From Parasitella parasitica NRRL 2501 (Eukaryota > Fungi > Mucoromycota), in contig MU619322.1 in the NCBI GenBank assembly GCA_025201805.1, forward strand, positions 32,972 through 96,971: 64,000 bases of DNA. The letters are read 5' to 3'. The notes below the pieces were generated by a model that ran no database searches, had not been told where the DNA came from, and was given only the letters and a program-made list of their open reading frames with translations. The stretch's first letter is position 1. Every line of letters begins with the position of its first letter. This document shows, piece by piece, positions 1 to 14,166 of the stretch. The position numbers were made by a program, and so were the translations under genes.

Positions 1-30
1 CAATAACAATAAATCAAACAAAATCCTCAC

Positions 31-945
31 CATTCTCTTCGAGAGTTCTGACAAGTTGGGCAACAGTAGAGCGCTTTTGGCCGACAGCAACGTAGATACA
101 GTACAACTTCTTGGCCTCATCGGATCCGTTGTTCCAGTTCTTTTGGTTCAAGATGGTATCGAGAGCTACGGCGGTCTTACCAGTTTGACGATCACCGATA
201 ATCAACTCACGCTGACCACGGCCGATAGGGACCATCGAATCAACAGACTTGATACCGGTTTGCATAGGCTCGTTGACAGAGTGACGAGGCAAAATACCAG
301 GAGCCTTGACTTGGACACGAGAACGGCCAACAGTGTCAAGAGGGCCCTTGCCATCGATAGGGTTACCAAGAGCATCGACAACACGACCAAGAATGCCAGG
401 ACCAATGGGGACATCAACAATGGCACCAGTACGCTTGACAGTATCGCCTTCCTTGATCAAGCGATCATTACCGAAAACGACAATACCGACGTTGTCAGCT
501 TCCAAGTTAAGGGCCATACCCTAATTCACGATGGAATCGTCAATCTTTAATTGCCTCTTACGGGTTTCTCTCTCTTAAAACAAACCAATTACCTTGAGAC
601 CACTGGAAAATTCAACCATCTCTTCAGCTTGACAGTTCTTCAAACCGTAAACACGTGCAATACCATCACCAATAGACAAGACACGGCCAGTCTCTTGGAG
701 GTCAACCTCAGAGTTGGCGCCGAGGATGCGTTGCTCGAGAATAGAGGAGACTTCAGAGGTTGAGGGCTTGGCAGAAGCATAGGTTCTCAAAGCTACAGAA
801 GCAGCACCGAGGTTAAGGCGCTGTAAAAAGTACATGAGATATGTTAGTGGCGATTTCTGACATTAATCAAAGGCCTTACAGCAGGGGTGGATCTGGCAAA
901 AGCAGCTAAAGTAGGACGTGCAAGACGAGTAGCGTTTCTCAACAT
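31..945 (-). CDS. ATP1: Mitochondrial F1 ATP synthase alpha subunit, 5' part (3 exons in window; gene continues beyond position 1)
   Basis: ATG at 945 gives presequence [19 protein letters not shown]. Later exons give [34 protein letters not shown] and the Walker A region [20 protein letters not shown] introns. Confidence 0.97.
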
Positions 946-1074
946 TTTGTTTCCTGTTAATGATAAACTAGGGGAGAGGGGTTGAAAATATAAAGAAGAA
1001 AATAAATCAAAACAAAACTGAAAACTGGGGGAAGGGTGCGTATTATGAATTGAGTAAAGTGATGGGGGGCGTGG

Positions 1075-1079
1075 CCAAT
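1075..1079. promoter_or_regulatory. Possible CCAAT (Hap complex) box upstream of ATP1
   Basis: GGCCAATT about 130 bp upstream of the ATP1 start. CCAAT boxes are typical of respiratory genes, but the motif is short. Confidence 0.25.
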
Positions 1080-2305
1080 TGAGGCTGCCCTCCTTTAACT
1101 CAACACACTTGATGTGACTGAGGAAGATTACCATCAGCCCATCAAATGTCATCTTGATTTGGTTCTTCCACAGTAGGAACACACATAGAACGACTTTAAT
1201 TCAAAACAGATTCACCGGATACTTGCTCTATTGACAGTTAGAAGGGTATTTGTATTCTGATAGCTGTTCTTTTCACCTTGATCAAACGGTGGCGTATAGA
1301 TCGACATTCCTTGCGAAAAAAATTCCTCTCATTTCGAAAGTCAAATTAAAGAGCATCAATGCTCGGTCCAAGAGTTGACGTTCAAGTTGAGCGATTCGGA
1401 TCAATTACAAGAGTCAACCTTCATTGTACATTTGGAGAGGCATCTACTGTATACTATATCGTGTAGTCGTTTTCGGATAAAATTAGTCAATATAAAATTG
1501 TACTATTTTTGCTGTTCAGCACTAATCCGAATGCAAAATAAACGCTGAACTATTATCACAGTGTCAAAGTTATAAAATAGCATAATAGTATCATGAAAAT
1601 TGAGAAAGCCAAACTCTAGGCCTGAATGTTATGTAGTATTTGGATGCATGTAAATTAATGTTATGTTACTCATGACCCTCTCCATGAAGATGAGTTGCAT
1701 TTAGCGTGGATTGTAAGTGGTGCAAACACTGCGCAACATTTATTAGAATAAAATTGCTTGGCAATCAACTCATTTTATACAGTGGATTTTATTTGATTAT
1801 TCAACTAGATTGACGCTGCTTTTTAGACCATTATACATCCACCTTCCTTTTGCTTTCTATGTGTAACTTGATGTTTTGCATTTGGCAGGATGATTTGATC
1901 GTCGTCCCAGTGGAGTTCATTACCAAACGTAATACAAACACAAGGTAATTGAATGAAAAGATATGTTGGAAGGATCCGTTCATTTCCGCAATAACAATTA
2001 TTCAAAACGGCCATTTCTTGTAGCGTGCGAGAGAATATTACTCGATTCCTTGAAGTACTCGATACGCTTTTATTTACTTGATGCCATCAAATATACATAA
2101 ATTTGTTGGTTCGCACAATTATTAATGCAATGAATTATTTATTTGAACCCTCTGTTAAAAGCGTCCTTTGCATTATGTAACTTGATTAGGAAACAGGAAT
2201 TGTTTATCAACCTGGATATTTTTGCTCTCCTCCTTAGGGTTCCTTTTCTTCTTGTTCTTTTTTTCCTCCTCAATCAATTTTAACAGCAAGCAATCACAAA
2301 ATAAG

Positions 2306-3732
2306 ATGATGTCTCTTTCGTCATCTAACATAGTGAGAAAAGATACTTCTTCCAGTATCAAATATGTCTACACTACAGCGATTTTGATCTGCATTATTCT
2401 CTGGATCACAGTTTACAAAGCCTCCCCTGTGAACCCACCAATCAAAAATATAGTTATTCCTGAAATACAGCAGCAAGATTCCAGTGCGGATATGTCTCTC
2501 AACGACACTAAAGAAATATGCACATCAGCGACATTCAATCATGGAAAATGGGTACACGACCCATTTCAAATAAAAGAACCTTTCACAGAAGTCGATATTG
2601 CTAGAATTGCAGGCTATCACTGTTTCAAAAAGTTTGCCCACCGATGTTTTCGACGGGGTGGTGATGAATTATTACGAGCCAAAAAAATGTAAGAATGGAT
2701 CGTAGTAATTACTCTAATAACTAGGATATTGACAGCGCTTTCCTTCCATGTGAATATAGAATGGATTATAGATGGCAACCGAATAATTGCAAATTACTAG
2801 AAATGGACACAAAGAAATTAGCAGATCATTTTGTAGATCATCCTATTCTATTTGTGGGGGATTCTATTACGCAACTACAATTCGAGAGTTTAGGATGCCT
2901 GTTGGGAGAACATCTTCCTAATCGACATCCAGCAAATTCAAATTTAAACGGTGGAAATTCAAAGATTCATGTAGATGCGAAGGCACCAGAACACAAGGAT
3001 ACAGCAGCAATGGCTTATATTCGATCTGATTATCTGCTTCGATTAGACGACTATAAAATGATTAGCCCTTTTGAATCGGTTGGGACTCAACTAGGTCGTG
3101 GTGAGAACCATCCTTGGTAATAAATGTACATGTCATTTAAACATGCTCTTTCATTAACGTTTGGGTTCATTTTTTAGGGTCCATGCTTTGTCACAATTTA
3201 ACTATATAATTATCAACACAGTATGTAATCTTCACAAGAGTTATGTACTTTTTTATCTCAATCTTACACATAATTTTCTGTTACATAGGGGCCCCACTGG
3301 CATCCTGATCTTTTTTGGGGCTCCAACCAAAGCGAGCAAGAATTACTGGATGCATTTAGAAAAGCCATGGAATCTGTATTGTTTTATTTAGATCAGCATG
3401 TCAAGCCACACCAAAAAGTATGGGTCCGAACTACACCCTATGGACATGCTAGATGTTCACAATACAAAGAACCTCAGGAAAACCCCTTGGCGCCTACTGG
3501 AAACACAGGCGAATATGAATGGCATCTATTCCAAGAGTTTGATGCTGTCTGGAAAGATCTACTAAGAAAACAAGATGATCGATTTGCTTTGTTTGATATT
3601 TTTGGCATGTCAAATATGAGAGGCGACGCTCATTCGAAACCTGATAGAGATTGCTTACATACCTGTATACCTGGACCTATTGATGAGTGGAATAGATTAC
3701 TATATAATGAAATAATGAGGCAAATAAAGTAA
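2306..3732 (+). CDS. Trichome-birefringence-like (TBL/DUF231, PC-esterase, SGNH) polysaccharide O-acetyltransferase-like protein, type II membrane; 4 exons
   Basis: N-terminal TM (YTTAILICIILWITVY), then CTSATFNHGKWVHD, YRWQPNNCKL, LFVGDSITQLQFESLGCLL, IINTGPHW, VRTTPYGH and DAHSKPDRDCLHTCIPGPIDEWNRLLY. GDS and DxxH catalytic motifs are intact. Confidence 0.85.
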
Positions 3733-4227
3733 TAAGCCAAGAAAAAAGAATAGTAAAGAGCTGAAGAGAGGGGCTACAGTTTATTGATGCTTTGAATACT
3801 AATCGAAGTGAAAACGCAAACTAAACGAAAATAAACTGTAGCTGCGTTTTTTTTATGTTATACTTCATATTTACTTGCCATGTGCTGGCCTGCACCGATT
3901 TGTGCAGCTTTCCGAACTTTCATCACCAATTTATAGGTTTTCTGACATAATAATAAAAACCAAATAGCGTCGTAATCCTTGCGTTCCAACCAAAATTCAT
4001 AAATAGAGATTGCAGTATAAATAGCTTGTTGAGAAACCAGGAGACCAAATAGTTTTTGGTTATTTCTTATCTAAAAACCAATGTTCGATGATTTAATATC
4101 ATTACTGAGTTGCTCATTCTATATTTTCCCTGGACATCAATAACATCAGCTTTTTCTCACATTTCTCTGTTTCGCTATATAATTTTGATACATTATTTGC
4201 CTAATACCAGCACAATCCGTGTTATCT

Positions 4228-4282
4228 TCTGAGCATAATTTGGGTTCCACTCGGCAATGTCTCTGTGCAAAAACAGTTTCAC
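4228..4282 (-). repeat. Short, internally deleted inverted copy of the 310-bp repeat family
   Basis: Reverse complement AAACTGTTTTTGCACAGAGACATTGCCGAGTGGAACCCAAATTATGCTCAGA matches 21897-21960 (AAACTGTTTTTGCAG..AGAGACATTGCCCTGTGGGAAGCGAGTTTATGCTCATA). Confidence 0.65.
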
Positions 4283-5334
4283 GATTTTGGGTGTCGAAGA
4301 GTGAAATGCAAAATTACTTGCTTTATTTCCTTTTTTGAAGTTCCCAAGACATGGTATATCTTTTGATGAAGCGAGTAATGTAAATTATTATACTTTTGAA
4401 GCGGAAGTTATAGACTGCAAATCATTATTACTAATAATTTTACTGACTGATAAGAATTTGACTCTTTATACATAATTAATCTTTTTTGAATCAATCTTTG
4501 AATACGATCAGATCATGTTTGGCGTTTATTGTCAAAGAATATTAAACACAGTGGAAGTCAGAGCAAGATCTACTAATATTTAAGCAGCTAACCATTATGA
4601 GTGTGAATCATTCATCGATAGGTTTAGCTTCGTAATCTAGAATAAGTAGAACTCATATCGAAGGTTTCTTATACAGGACATTAGGATTACTGTTGACATT
4701 TAACTTTAAATGCAATCCAGAATGTAGACAAAAAATGGTAACCGTTGAATTCCATGGATACAACAAATAGCTGCTATTAATTATATTATGCTGTTGTTCC
4801 TGCGAGATGCAGAAGGACATTTGATAGGAACTTATAGCAAGAACTGTAATATGAATCCATCAAATCTTGCCAATATGATTTACCGTAAATTCAATTTTAT
4901 ATAAACCTGGTTTTCACTGCTTTAAAAAAGTAGTATATGCATTGTTCAATGTTATTTCTCTTTTGTTCGTTATCGTTGGTGTTGATCAGTAACAATCTAG
5001 TCTTGGCGCATTTATTTTCATTAGTCGATTTTAGCTGCTCATAATGAAAAGAAATCAACTACGTCAAACAATATGCCTGGTATAATTTAAATTGGAAGTT
5101 ACTCAAAAATACATTAGAAAGATTGATATTCATGTAAAATGTAAAGGGTCATTTTCAAACAAATAAACAAGATTGAGTAAAGATGTGGCCATGCTGTGCA
5201 ACATGGCAACAGTAGTAACACTATTTGAGACATGTGGAGATGGTCACATCAATTGCAGAATATTTCAGGAATATGGTATAAAAGTTTCTTTTTCGCTGTA
5301 TTATTACAACTTCTTTTTCTTTGTTTCTTTAGTG

Positions 5335-8300
5335 ATGGATGGCATAGAACTCTCCAATCAAACAACCAAGAGGTCATATACCACAACTGTGCAGTTGGAG
5401 GAAATATCTCGAAGTGACACAGTGGATCATCTTGGTGCTCACGATGTATTAAAACAGGATGAGGACGTTCACTTGACAGCTAATAGTCATCTACGATTAT
5501 CAGGAGATAGCAGTGTCAACATGCCGCCAATTAAGGATAATATTGGGCCAAAAAAGACACTTACTGAAAGAATACAAGCAAGCATACCACCAGTTCCTCT
5601 CATACGAGCCATTGTCAAAGCATCGTTTGCAGTATTGGTTGCATTAATTATTACTTTCGTGGATAGATCTAGAAATGCAATAGGGCAAGGCATCATTCTA
5701 GTGCCCATTTGTACTATCCTTCATTTCCCTATCCGCCCTTTAGGTACGTTGTCTCAGAGATATCTCATCCCTATAATTACTGATCTGGCAACGTGTGTAT
5801 AATGAATTAGGTGTGCAAATCGAGGTATACATCATAAAACTTGGTACATGCAATTAGTCCACTAAAAAAAAAATCCCTGTATATAGGCAACGATTCAGGG
5901 TTTATTTGGTGCATTGGTGGGATCTGCCTGGTGCATGTTGGGTATATATAATTACCGGTAAAACATGCATTCACTAAAATGATGATATCAAGGTATGTAT
6001 CTCGGAAACCTCGCTCGTGATTCTCGAATCGCTACTCCTGTCCAGCCGAGCTCGAGCGCCGTTTTAGCCGTTTTCATGTTTATTGGCGTGTTCGGATTAA
6101 CCTATGTCCGTATCAAATTTGCGCAAGGTAAATGTCATGCACACTGTGCATACTTGATCCGTAGGCATGCTGCTAACCGTTGATGATTACACACATAGCA
6201 AACTTTGCGTGTATTTTTGCCAGCATGATTGCTGCTGTAAGTTTATGTTTGGCAGTGATTTTATAATATTTTATAAGCTCATTTTCGTCCCTTGAATGTA
6301 TCGTGATAGTTTGCTTTAACTCAAGCGTCGGTTACTCCAGGATTCCAACCTGCAATTGTGGTGCGTTACACTGTAGATACTCGCTATCGTTGTAAATGAT
6401 GTACCTAACCCCATATCGCATAGTATACGTTTTTAAAACCCATTGCATTGGCTAGTGGAATTGCATTAGCTGTTGACGTGCTTATATGGCCCGAAGATAG
6501 CATCACCAAATACATGGCAATCCTCAACGTATCGCTCAAGGAATACAATAGCTTTTTCCAAGAGCATTCAAATGCATTTTTGTCTGTAACAACTAGCCCT
6601 GCTGCTATGACGCTGCCTTCGCTCCATGCACGCTTGCAAAATAGTATTCTGAAATTGATCGATTGCAAACGTGAGGTGCAGCGGGAGATTCTATTTAACC
6701 GACTCGCTCACGATGACATCAACAGCATCACTCGACTTGTCAAGACGATGCGTTTGCCGTTGCACGGCATTGGTCTCAGCCTTATCACAAAAGCAGAAAG
6801 ACTGGAGCAAGTAAAGCAACCCTATTTCGCTGCTGCTGTGGAGAATGACCAGAGCGAACACAAGAAGCAATTTTTACTGGGTATAGAGGATTTGCGCAAG
6901 GTTAGCCAAGAACTGACGGACACCTGTGTCATGACATTGGGTGAATGTAATGAGCGTTTGATGAAGTTTGGCGGCAGACCTCGATCGCTGATGAGCACTG
7001 TCTTTTGGCCATTTCCTCGAATCTTTGTAGAGGATTATTACAGGAGTAAAAAAAGCATTCAGCAAGAAGAACAGCAACATGCTCGGATTCAGAGCCTTTC
7101 TGATCGCTTAGACGAGGTTATTTCCAAATACGAGATTGAGAGCAAGAAAGCATCGCATATTTTCATCGAGCCTGGATCTGACAAGTTTGAAGCTCGGTTC
7201 AATGGACTATTACAGATCGTGTATTTGTTTCAGTACAACTTGATGGAGCATGCTCTTCAGCTGAGGTCACTCGTTGCTTGTGTTGAAAGCATTGAGGCTA
7301 CACGTACTACTAGAAGGCTGTGGTTTCCTCGTCTCAAATTAAGGAAATGGTTTCGATCATTGAGCGTCAATGCAAACATCGGCGTTCAAGTGGGAACGGC
7401 TACGAGTGGCCCTGAAACTGGTACCTCTGGTGCAGCTGGGCTGGGGAATGAATTGACGCTTTCTCAAACCATGACTAGACCTGATAACATTGATGCGGAT
7501 GACGATATTGAACTTGTGTGCCGCAGAAACCGCCAAGGCAAAGCCTATCCTCGAGATCCAGATGTAAACCCTCCCGAAACGGCCTTTGAAAGCTTCTTTT
7601 ACAAACTACATAAAATAGTCGCTTGGTCAAAGAGTGTCGAGGCTGCCTTTGCCTTCAAAACATCAGCAGGCTTCACATTGTTATCACTACCCGCTTTTAT
7701 CGCGAGCAGTGCTACATGGTTTTTTGCTTGGAGAGGTCAATGGGCGACAATCACGTTGATGCTTTGGATGTTTCCTATGGCAGGCATGTTTTTTTTCACG
7801 TAAGTGCCCCTTCATGTCACGCTTTCTATCAGACACCATGTTAACGTCCAATATGCCTGTCTATCCCTATTGGATAGCGTCATCCTGAGAGTAGTAGGAA
7901 CTGTGCTGGGTGGTGTAGCTGGTATCATTGTTTGGGAGATCACAAGAGGAAACCCTTATGGCCTTTCCGTTTTGATGTTTTTTGTAATGATGCCGCTTTA
8001 CTATGTATTCTTTACTAGTCAAATAATGAACATTGTTGCTATTATGACACAAATCACATTGATCCTGGTGGTCATTATGGAGTATACCTATGTAGTCAGC
8101 GGCGTAGCTGTTTATGACTCGGTAGAAATTGTAGCTGGCAAGGTATGGTTTACCCACTCTACTTCTTACAGCTCTTACTAATGCATGTATAGCGCATGTT
8201 GTTGGTTATCATTGGCGTTGCCGCCGCAGCTGTGCTAGCAATCTTTCCTAAGGCTGTAACGGGCAGAGTTGAATTGCGCAAGCGTATATCTAGAACAATT

Positions 8301-8990
8301 CATGACCTCAGTAAATTATACGGAATCCTTGTTGTCGATATCTTGGCCACTAAAGGATCCAGCGACGTACAGCTTACTTCCGGTCAGCGCAAGGCATTTC
8401 GTAAACTAGCACTTGGTATTCGTCGGCAAATAGCAGATGAGCAAACCTACCTGAAGATCACCAAATTGGAGCCTCCACTCCGAGGCAAATTTCCCTTGGA
8501 TGAATATACCAAACTAGTAGAAAAGGTCGATAATATGGCAGATTTACTGCAAGGCATGGCATTTGCGTCTCGATCCATTGATAGAGCATGGAAACGCAAA
8601 CTAGTTCGAGTGATCGAAGAAGAGCGCATGGAGTATGTAAGTAATACCCGTACCTGTGTGCAGATAGCATCTTTTCTAATGACGAACCTCTGCATGTAGC
8701 TTGCTTCCATCTTGTCCATCATGAAACTTTTATCCGCTACACTGGCATCTAAAATGGCGTTACCACCATTTATGCTTTCGCCTTCCGAGTTGAGACTTCG
8801 ACTCGCTAGAAAGATGAGCGAGGCCATCACCAAATACCCAGAAAATCTGGATAATGAGACATTCCCTTGCTACTGTGCCTTTGCTGTGAATTCATTCAAA
8901 TTCTCGGGCGAATTAGCCGAGGCTATGGATTGCATAGAAAACCTTGTGGGTGTTGAGGACCCTCAGCAATGGTTGCTGCTGAATGCCTAA
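5335..8990 (+). CDS. ArAE/FUSC-family (aromatic acid exporter-like, BRE4/YGL140C-type) multi-pass membrane protein; multi-exon
   Basis: Two hydrophobic blocks separated by a long soluble region. Motifs RDPD..PP, FAFKTSAG, RGQWATIT, RVVGTVLGG, R..LVIIGV, RVELRKRISRTI and EPPLRGKFPLDEY. Confidence 0.8.
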
Positions 8991-9193
8991 ATGTCGGCTT
9001 TAAATAATTGCGATAGCTTATGCCATCAGGAAAGAACAAATCGCGTCATTTGAATTGCATCTCTTGATTTGTTGGACATCAGTGTGTGGCATTTCTCACA
9101 CACAGAACTCAATAAAATCTCCTCTACCGGCTTTTTTTTATTTATTTATTTATTTGTAACTGTCCTTCCTCCTTCGCTATATTCATTTTTCAA

Positions 9194-10442
9194 ATGAACT
9201 CTTTGCGCTTAATTGCTCGTCGTGCCTACACAACGGTACATCCCGGGGGATATCCTGGTGTAAGGAGTTTACTTATCTTATTTAGAACCTAAACTGACAT
9301 TTGAATGCAGATTACTAATGGTTTTATTGGAGCCATTGGCAACACTCCTTTGGTATGTAGAGCGAACTTTAAGTAAAAGAAGAAAAAAAAAGTAACCAGA
9401 TGATAAGATTCGCTTGAACAGACTTAGTGATGAAACTGGCTCTGAAATCATGGCCAAAGCAGAATTTATGAATCCCGGTGGTTCTGTCAAGGATCGTGCT
9501 GCGTTATTTGTTGTAAAGGATGCCGAAGAGAAAGGTTTGATTAAACCAGGAGGTACGGTTGTAGAGGGGACAGCTGGTAATACCGGTATTGGCTTGGCTC
9601 ATGTCTGCCGTGCCAAGGGATACAAGTGTGTCATTTACATGCCCAATACTCAGGTACGTTTGACTATCAATGCAGGGAGGTCATGCTCATTATATTTGGC
9701 TTGCAATTAGTCTCAGGAAAAGATTGACTTGCTGCGTATGCTCGGAGCTGAAGTACATCCCGTACCTGCTGTTGCATTTGATAACCCAGAGAACTACAAC
9801 CATCAAGCCAAGCGCCATGCTGATTCTCTCGACAATGCTGTTTGGACTAATCAATTCGACAACACAGCTAATCGTCGTGCACATATTGAGACTACAGGTC
9901 CCGAGATTTTCGCTCAAACCAATGGAGAAGTAGATGGGTTTGTTTGTGCTACTGGTACTGGTGGCTCACTTGCTGGTACCGCCCGTTACCTTAAGGATAA
10001 GAAAGGAGACAATGTCAAGATCTTTTTGGCTGATCCTCCTGGATCTGTTCTTTACAGTTACTTTACTAGTGGCCGTAAACTTTTCGAGCGTAGCGGATCA
10101 TCCATTACTGAAGGTATTGGTCAGGGCCGTATCACAGATAACTTGGGCCCTGATGTTGATTTGATCGACGGCGCTCTTAATATCCAGGATGAGGATACTA
10201 TCAAAATGCTTTATCGTTTGTTGGATGAAGAGGGTATTTATGTAGGCGCTTCTTCTGCTCTCAACGTTGTGGCTGCTGTTGAGATGGCTAAGCAACTTGG
10301 TAAGGGTAAGAAGGTTGTGACCCTCTTGTGCGATGGCGCTTACAGATACCAATCCCGCCTTTTCAGTCGTAAATGGTTGGATTCCAAGAATTTATCTAGT
10401 GCTATTCCCGATCATTTGCAGAAATATGTTGTTTTACCATAG
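9194..10442 (+). CDS. Cysteine synthase (O-acetylserine sulfhydrylase, PLP fold II), probably mitochondrial; 4 exons
   Basis: Leader [12 protein letters not shown]. Motifs [21 protein letters not shown] (PLP lysine), [19 protein letters not shown] and ITEGIGQGR. Confidence 0.93.
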
Positions 10443-10909
10443 AGAATATAGAATAATAAAAGATTTGCTTTCGACAAGCACCATATACTATTGTTAGCTT
10501 GAGACGCCTTGACTGATAAATTTAATTAGATGTAATTTTAATTGATGGGAAAGAGCTTCAGCTACATCCGTATGCTTGACTCTTATTAGGGGAGGGGGAG
10601 GATTTTTTTTCATGAATCTATACCAGCACTTGTAGATTAGGCCTATCTGATTTGGGAAGTCGACACTTTTCAAATAGGAATGCAATATGGACAGTAGAGC
10701 TTTATTATGTGGACAATTAAAAATTTGAAGACAATGTCATGAGGAGGGACAGTTAAGCAACCGAAGCAACTTGTTGATCTAGTCACATCGAGCGATGATG
10801 AAATTTTTCGTAATAGTAGAGCAATAGGGCTCGAGTAGTAGTTACAACTTGAAATAATCCTACTCCAGAACCGATTAAATCGATATAAAGTGAATAAACT
10901 TGCAGTAAT

Positions 10910-11509
10910 ATGGCGAAAGGAAAAGACCAGAAAGGAGCGCCTATTGTCAAGAATGTCCAGGCATTTGAACGCCTAAGCTTTCTTCATCAGGCTGCTACGC
11001 TAATGTCTACATTGAAATATGAAGCATCAGCAGCAGCAACATCTACTCATAATGCAACCAAAACAGTCAAAAATTGGCAGGGTGATCCACCAGGCACTTT
11101 ACACGCAACATCTAGATATCTGAACAACCACATGAAGCAAATTACCGGGAAACTAGTTATGCGATTGTAAGTTTATAGCCGCACACAACAGCAATAGTGT
11201 GACTAAAAGAAGATGCAAATCCTGATAGAGATCCTAGTGTAAAAAGATCGATATGCAAACGATGCGACACACCCATCATCCCAGCGATAACGTCAATCAA
11301 CCGTGTCAAATGTAAGACTAAACCATGATGAAATATGGCACACAACTTATCTTTTGTTTGTAGCGAAACCGTCGCCCAGTTTGGTTCAAGTCTGCAAGAT
11401 TTGCAAATCAAAACGAAGATATACCTCCCAAAACCCCAATTATCAATTATTCAACAATAGACCAGATGTAGTTGATCTGCAGGATGAGGAGGAGATTTTA
11501 CAAGTATGA
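10910..11509 (+). CDS. RPR2: RNase P/MRP subunit Rpr2/Rpp21/Snm1 family; 3 exons
   Basis: ERLSFLHQAA, KLVMR(L)DPSVKRSICKRCDTPIIP and CKICKSKRRY zinc-ribbon cysteines. Confidence 0.8.
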
Positions 11510-12214
11510 GCATAAATTTGGAGTGTTAGGGGCCTTAATAAATGGGTATTTAAATCCAACCATGTTGTATGAATTTCAAAGTATGAAGAGGAGCAAGATG
11601 CCAAAGTTCATTGAATATGTTTATTCTTGTGATAACTACTTTTCACTATTTACCTGTTGACGTATAACATGGATAGAATTGCATTCCAGGTTTTTTCAAA
11701 CGACTGATTGAGCTAGTACTTTAGATCCAACAATGCGAATTAGATGTCAACCCACAAGTTCTTCTAAGCTGGTAATCCATGAAATAACCAGAAAAATATG
11801 GGAGATCTCGCATTGCCCTTCTTTGGTTGATTTTACATCTCTGTAGCACTAAACTTGGCTGACATTCATGGCTCTATTTTACCACAACCACAAGGAATCC
11901 CATTAAAAGATGAACAATTGCTATATTATTAGAGATGCAGACATGTGGTTAGATCAGTGGATAAAGTGTTGATATTTTTCTTCTAAAACAACTCCTGTAA
12001 CTCTACTCTTTGACTCTTATTTCGGGACAAAATAGATTATTGGACTGTACGGTATACCGTACTTCTAGATGTATGCTTTCAATCAGTTATGCAGCAAGGT
12101 TTATATGTACACAGTGTGCTTCATCTGGCTTATCCCCGACTATAGATTATATTTTTTTTTCCACACTTTTCTATTCTCTTCTTCTTTTCTATCTTATTTC
12201 TATTTACTATAACT

Positions 12215-13951
12215 ATGTCTAGCTTTGATAATGACGACGCAGGACCTTCTTGGTATACTGAGGACAATGAAAATGACACAGCCAACACCTTTCGGTCAGC
12301 CTATTTTGATCAATCGCAAGTAAGTTTCCGTATAAAGTGTAGCCTACAAACATTCATTTGTTTTCGACAACAGAATTTTGGAGCATCGTCTTTGAGTAGC
12401 GATGATGCTACTGCTGCTGCTGCTGCTGCTGCTATTGCGGCTTTCGACTCTTTCCAGTCCGAGTACGATCAAGATGCAGCAATATTCGATAGCAAGAAGC
12501 CAGCACATTCATATCAAAGATCGACTTCAAATGAGGAAAACAAGGCCGATCCCATGACCATCCGAGTAGATGATCCTTTAAAGAGCAACAACGGATCATA
12601 TATCACTTTTAGAATTTTTACGATGGTAAACTTTGTGAAAATTAAGAAAAAACGCATCAACCCTAACATATAAAGAAAGACTGCATTGGAAAATTATAGT
12701 GTGGACAATAGGCCAGTGCGACGACGATTTAAAGATTTCGTATGGCTACACAATGCATTGAGCGTCGAATATCCAGCTTGTATTATCCCTCCATTACCAG
12801 AGAAGCATCGCATCAGTAAGTGAATTATTTGATTGATTCTATTTGTTTGTTTATTTGTGTAAAATAGAATACATGAAAGGTGATAGGTTTGATCCATTGT
12901 TTGTAGAGCAAAGACGATTAGGGTTTGTTGTGACAAAGTATGTGTCATTATATACGGTATCTAACATGTAAATTTATTTGAAGCCTGCAGTGGTTTATGG
13001 ATAGAATTGCTAGACACCCGCAACTTCAAATATCGAAATATACGAGAATATTCTTAGAATCCACCGATTTTAAAGCAGATAAGAACATTCAAACCAAATC
13101 ACCGCCCTCTAATAACTCGATGTTTGGCTCACTCTTCAAGTCTTTGGCCAAAGTTAAGAAGCCAGATGAAAAATTCGAAGAAATGAAGGAGAGCATTGAT
13201 AAATTCCAAGACAACTTGAACATTGTAGAGAAATTATACTCAAGGATTGGCAGACGACAACAAGAATTGGAACAAAACTATGATCATTTTGCAGGCAGCA
13301 TTCGAGGTTTATCTGGACTCGAGACTAATGTAGACCAACCTTTGCGACAATTCGCAGAAGCTACTGAATCGTACGTCGAAGCATTAAAAGAGATGCGAAA
13401 ACAAGAGAATTTATTGTTTTTGAACGATGTACATGAGTTGTTGAATTACTGCAATGCAGCCAGAGATCAGCTAATTGAAAGGGACCAGAAGCAAGTTCAT
13501 TTTGAAGACTCGTCCACTGCATTACAGTCGGTCATCCTGGAAAGAGAGCGGCTATTGTATCCTGGCAAAAATATGGGGTCCACAGCGGTGGGCATGAGCA
13601 TCACCGAGCTGATGACAGATAAAATGAGCGACAGCAACAAGACAAGAAACGAACGGGTTCTGCGACTTGAAGCCAAGATCAAAGAACTACAGGCTCACGT
13701 TGCCAGAGCAAATGATATCAACAATAACTATTCGAACCAGATGATTAAAGAATTTGAGATATTACAAAGAGCAAGAGATGCTGAATTGAGGCAAGGACTA
13801 TCAGCGTATGCGGATTGTCATATTGACTTTTACAAGAAGGTACGTTTTATGGATTTATAAGATACCGATCCATGCAGCTAAATCAATTCACTAGAGTATC
13901 ACCATTTGGCAAAATATATTACCTGTTTTAGATAAAATCCAACTAGAGTAG
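12215..13951 (+). CDS. SNX4: Sorting nexin 4 / Atg24-like PX-BAR protein; multi-exon
   Basis: PX motifs VRRRFKDFVWLH, YPACIIPPLPEKH and MDRIARHPQL, followed by a helical BAR domain ending SITIWQNILPVLDKIQLE*. Confidence 0.85.
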
Positions 13952-14166
13952 TGGGATTTATTTAAATATTGTAAAAAACAAGCAGTTTGATTATTGTAAA
14001 AAAAAACAAGCAGTTCGATTATTTGTAGTATGTATATCATTTGTACACGTGTATATTTAAATAGTTCTCTTGTCCCTTTTGTATTTCTTTGTTTCCATAG
14101 CATTATTTTATCCTTCTTTCTAATCTCGACCTCCTTTCCTTTTGTTTTTGTACATCTATAAAACAA

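Noticed and set aside
1840-2070. Possible small exons (CAG|GAT..AAG|GTAATT..TAG) between ATP1 and the TBL-like gene
   Set aside because: No coherent start-to-stop gene model could be built.
10462-10495. TTGCTTTCGACAAGCACCATATACTA resembles the 5' end of U6 snRNA
   Set aside because: No ACAGAGA box or AGC triad region follows; it lies in the cysteine synthase 3' region.
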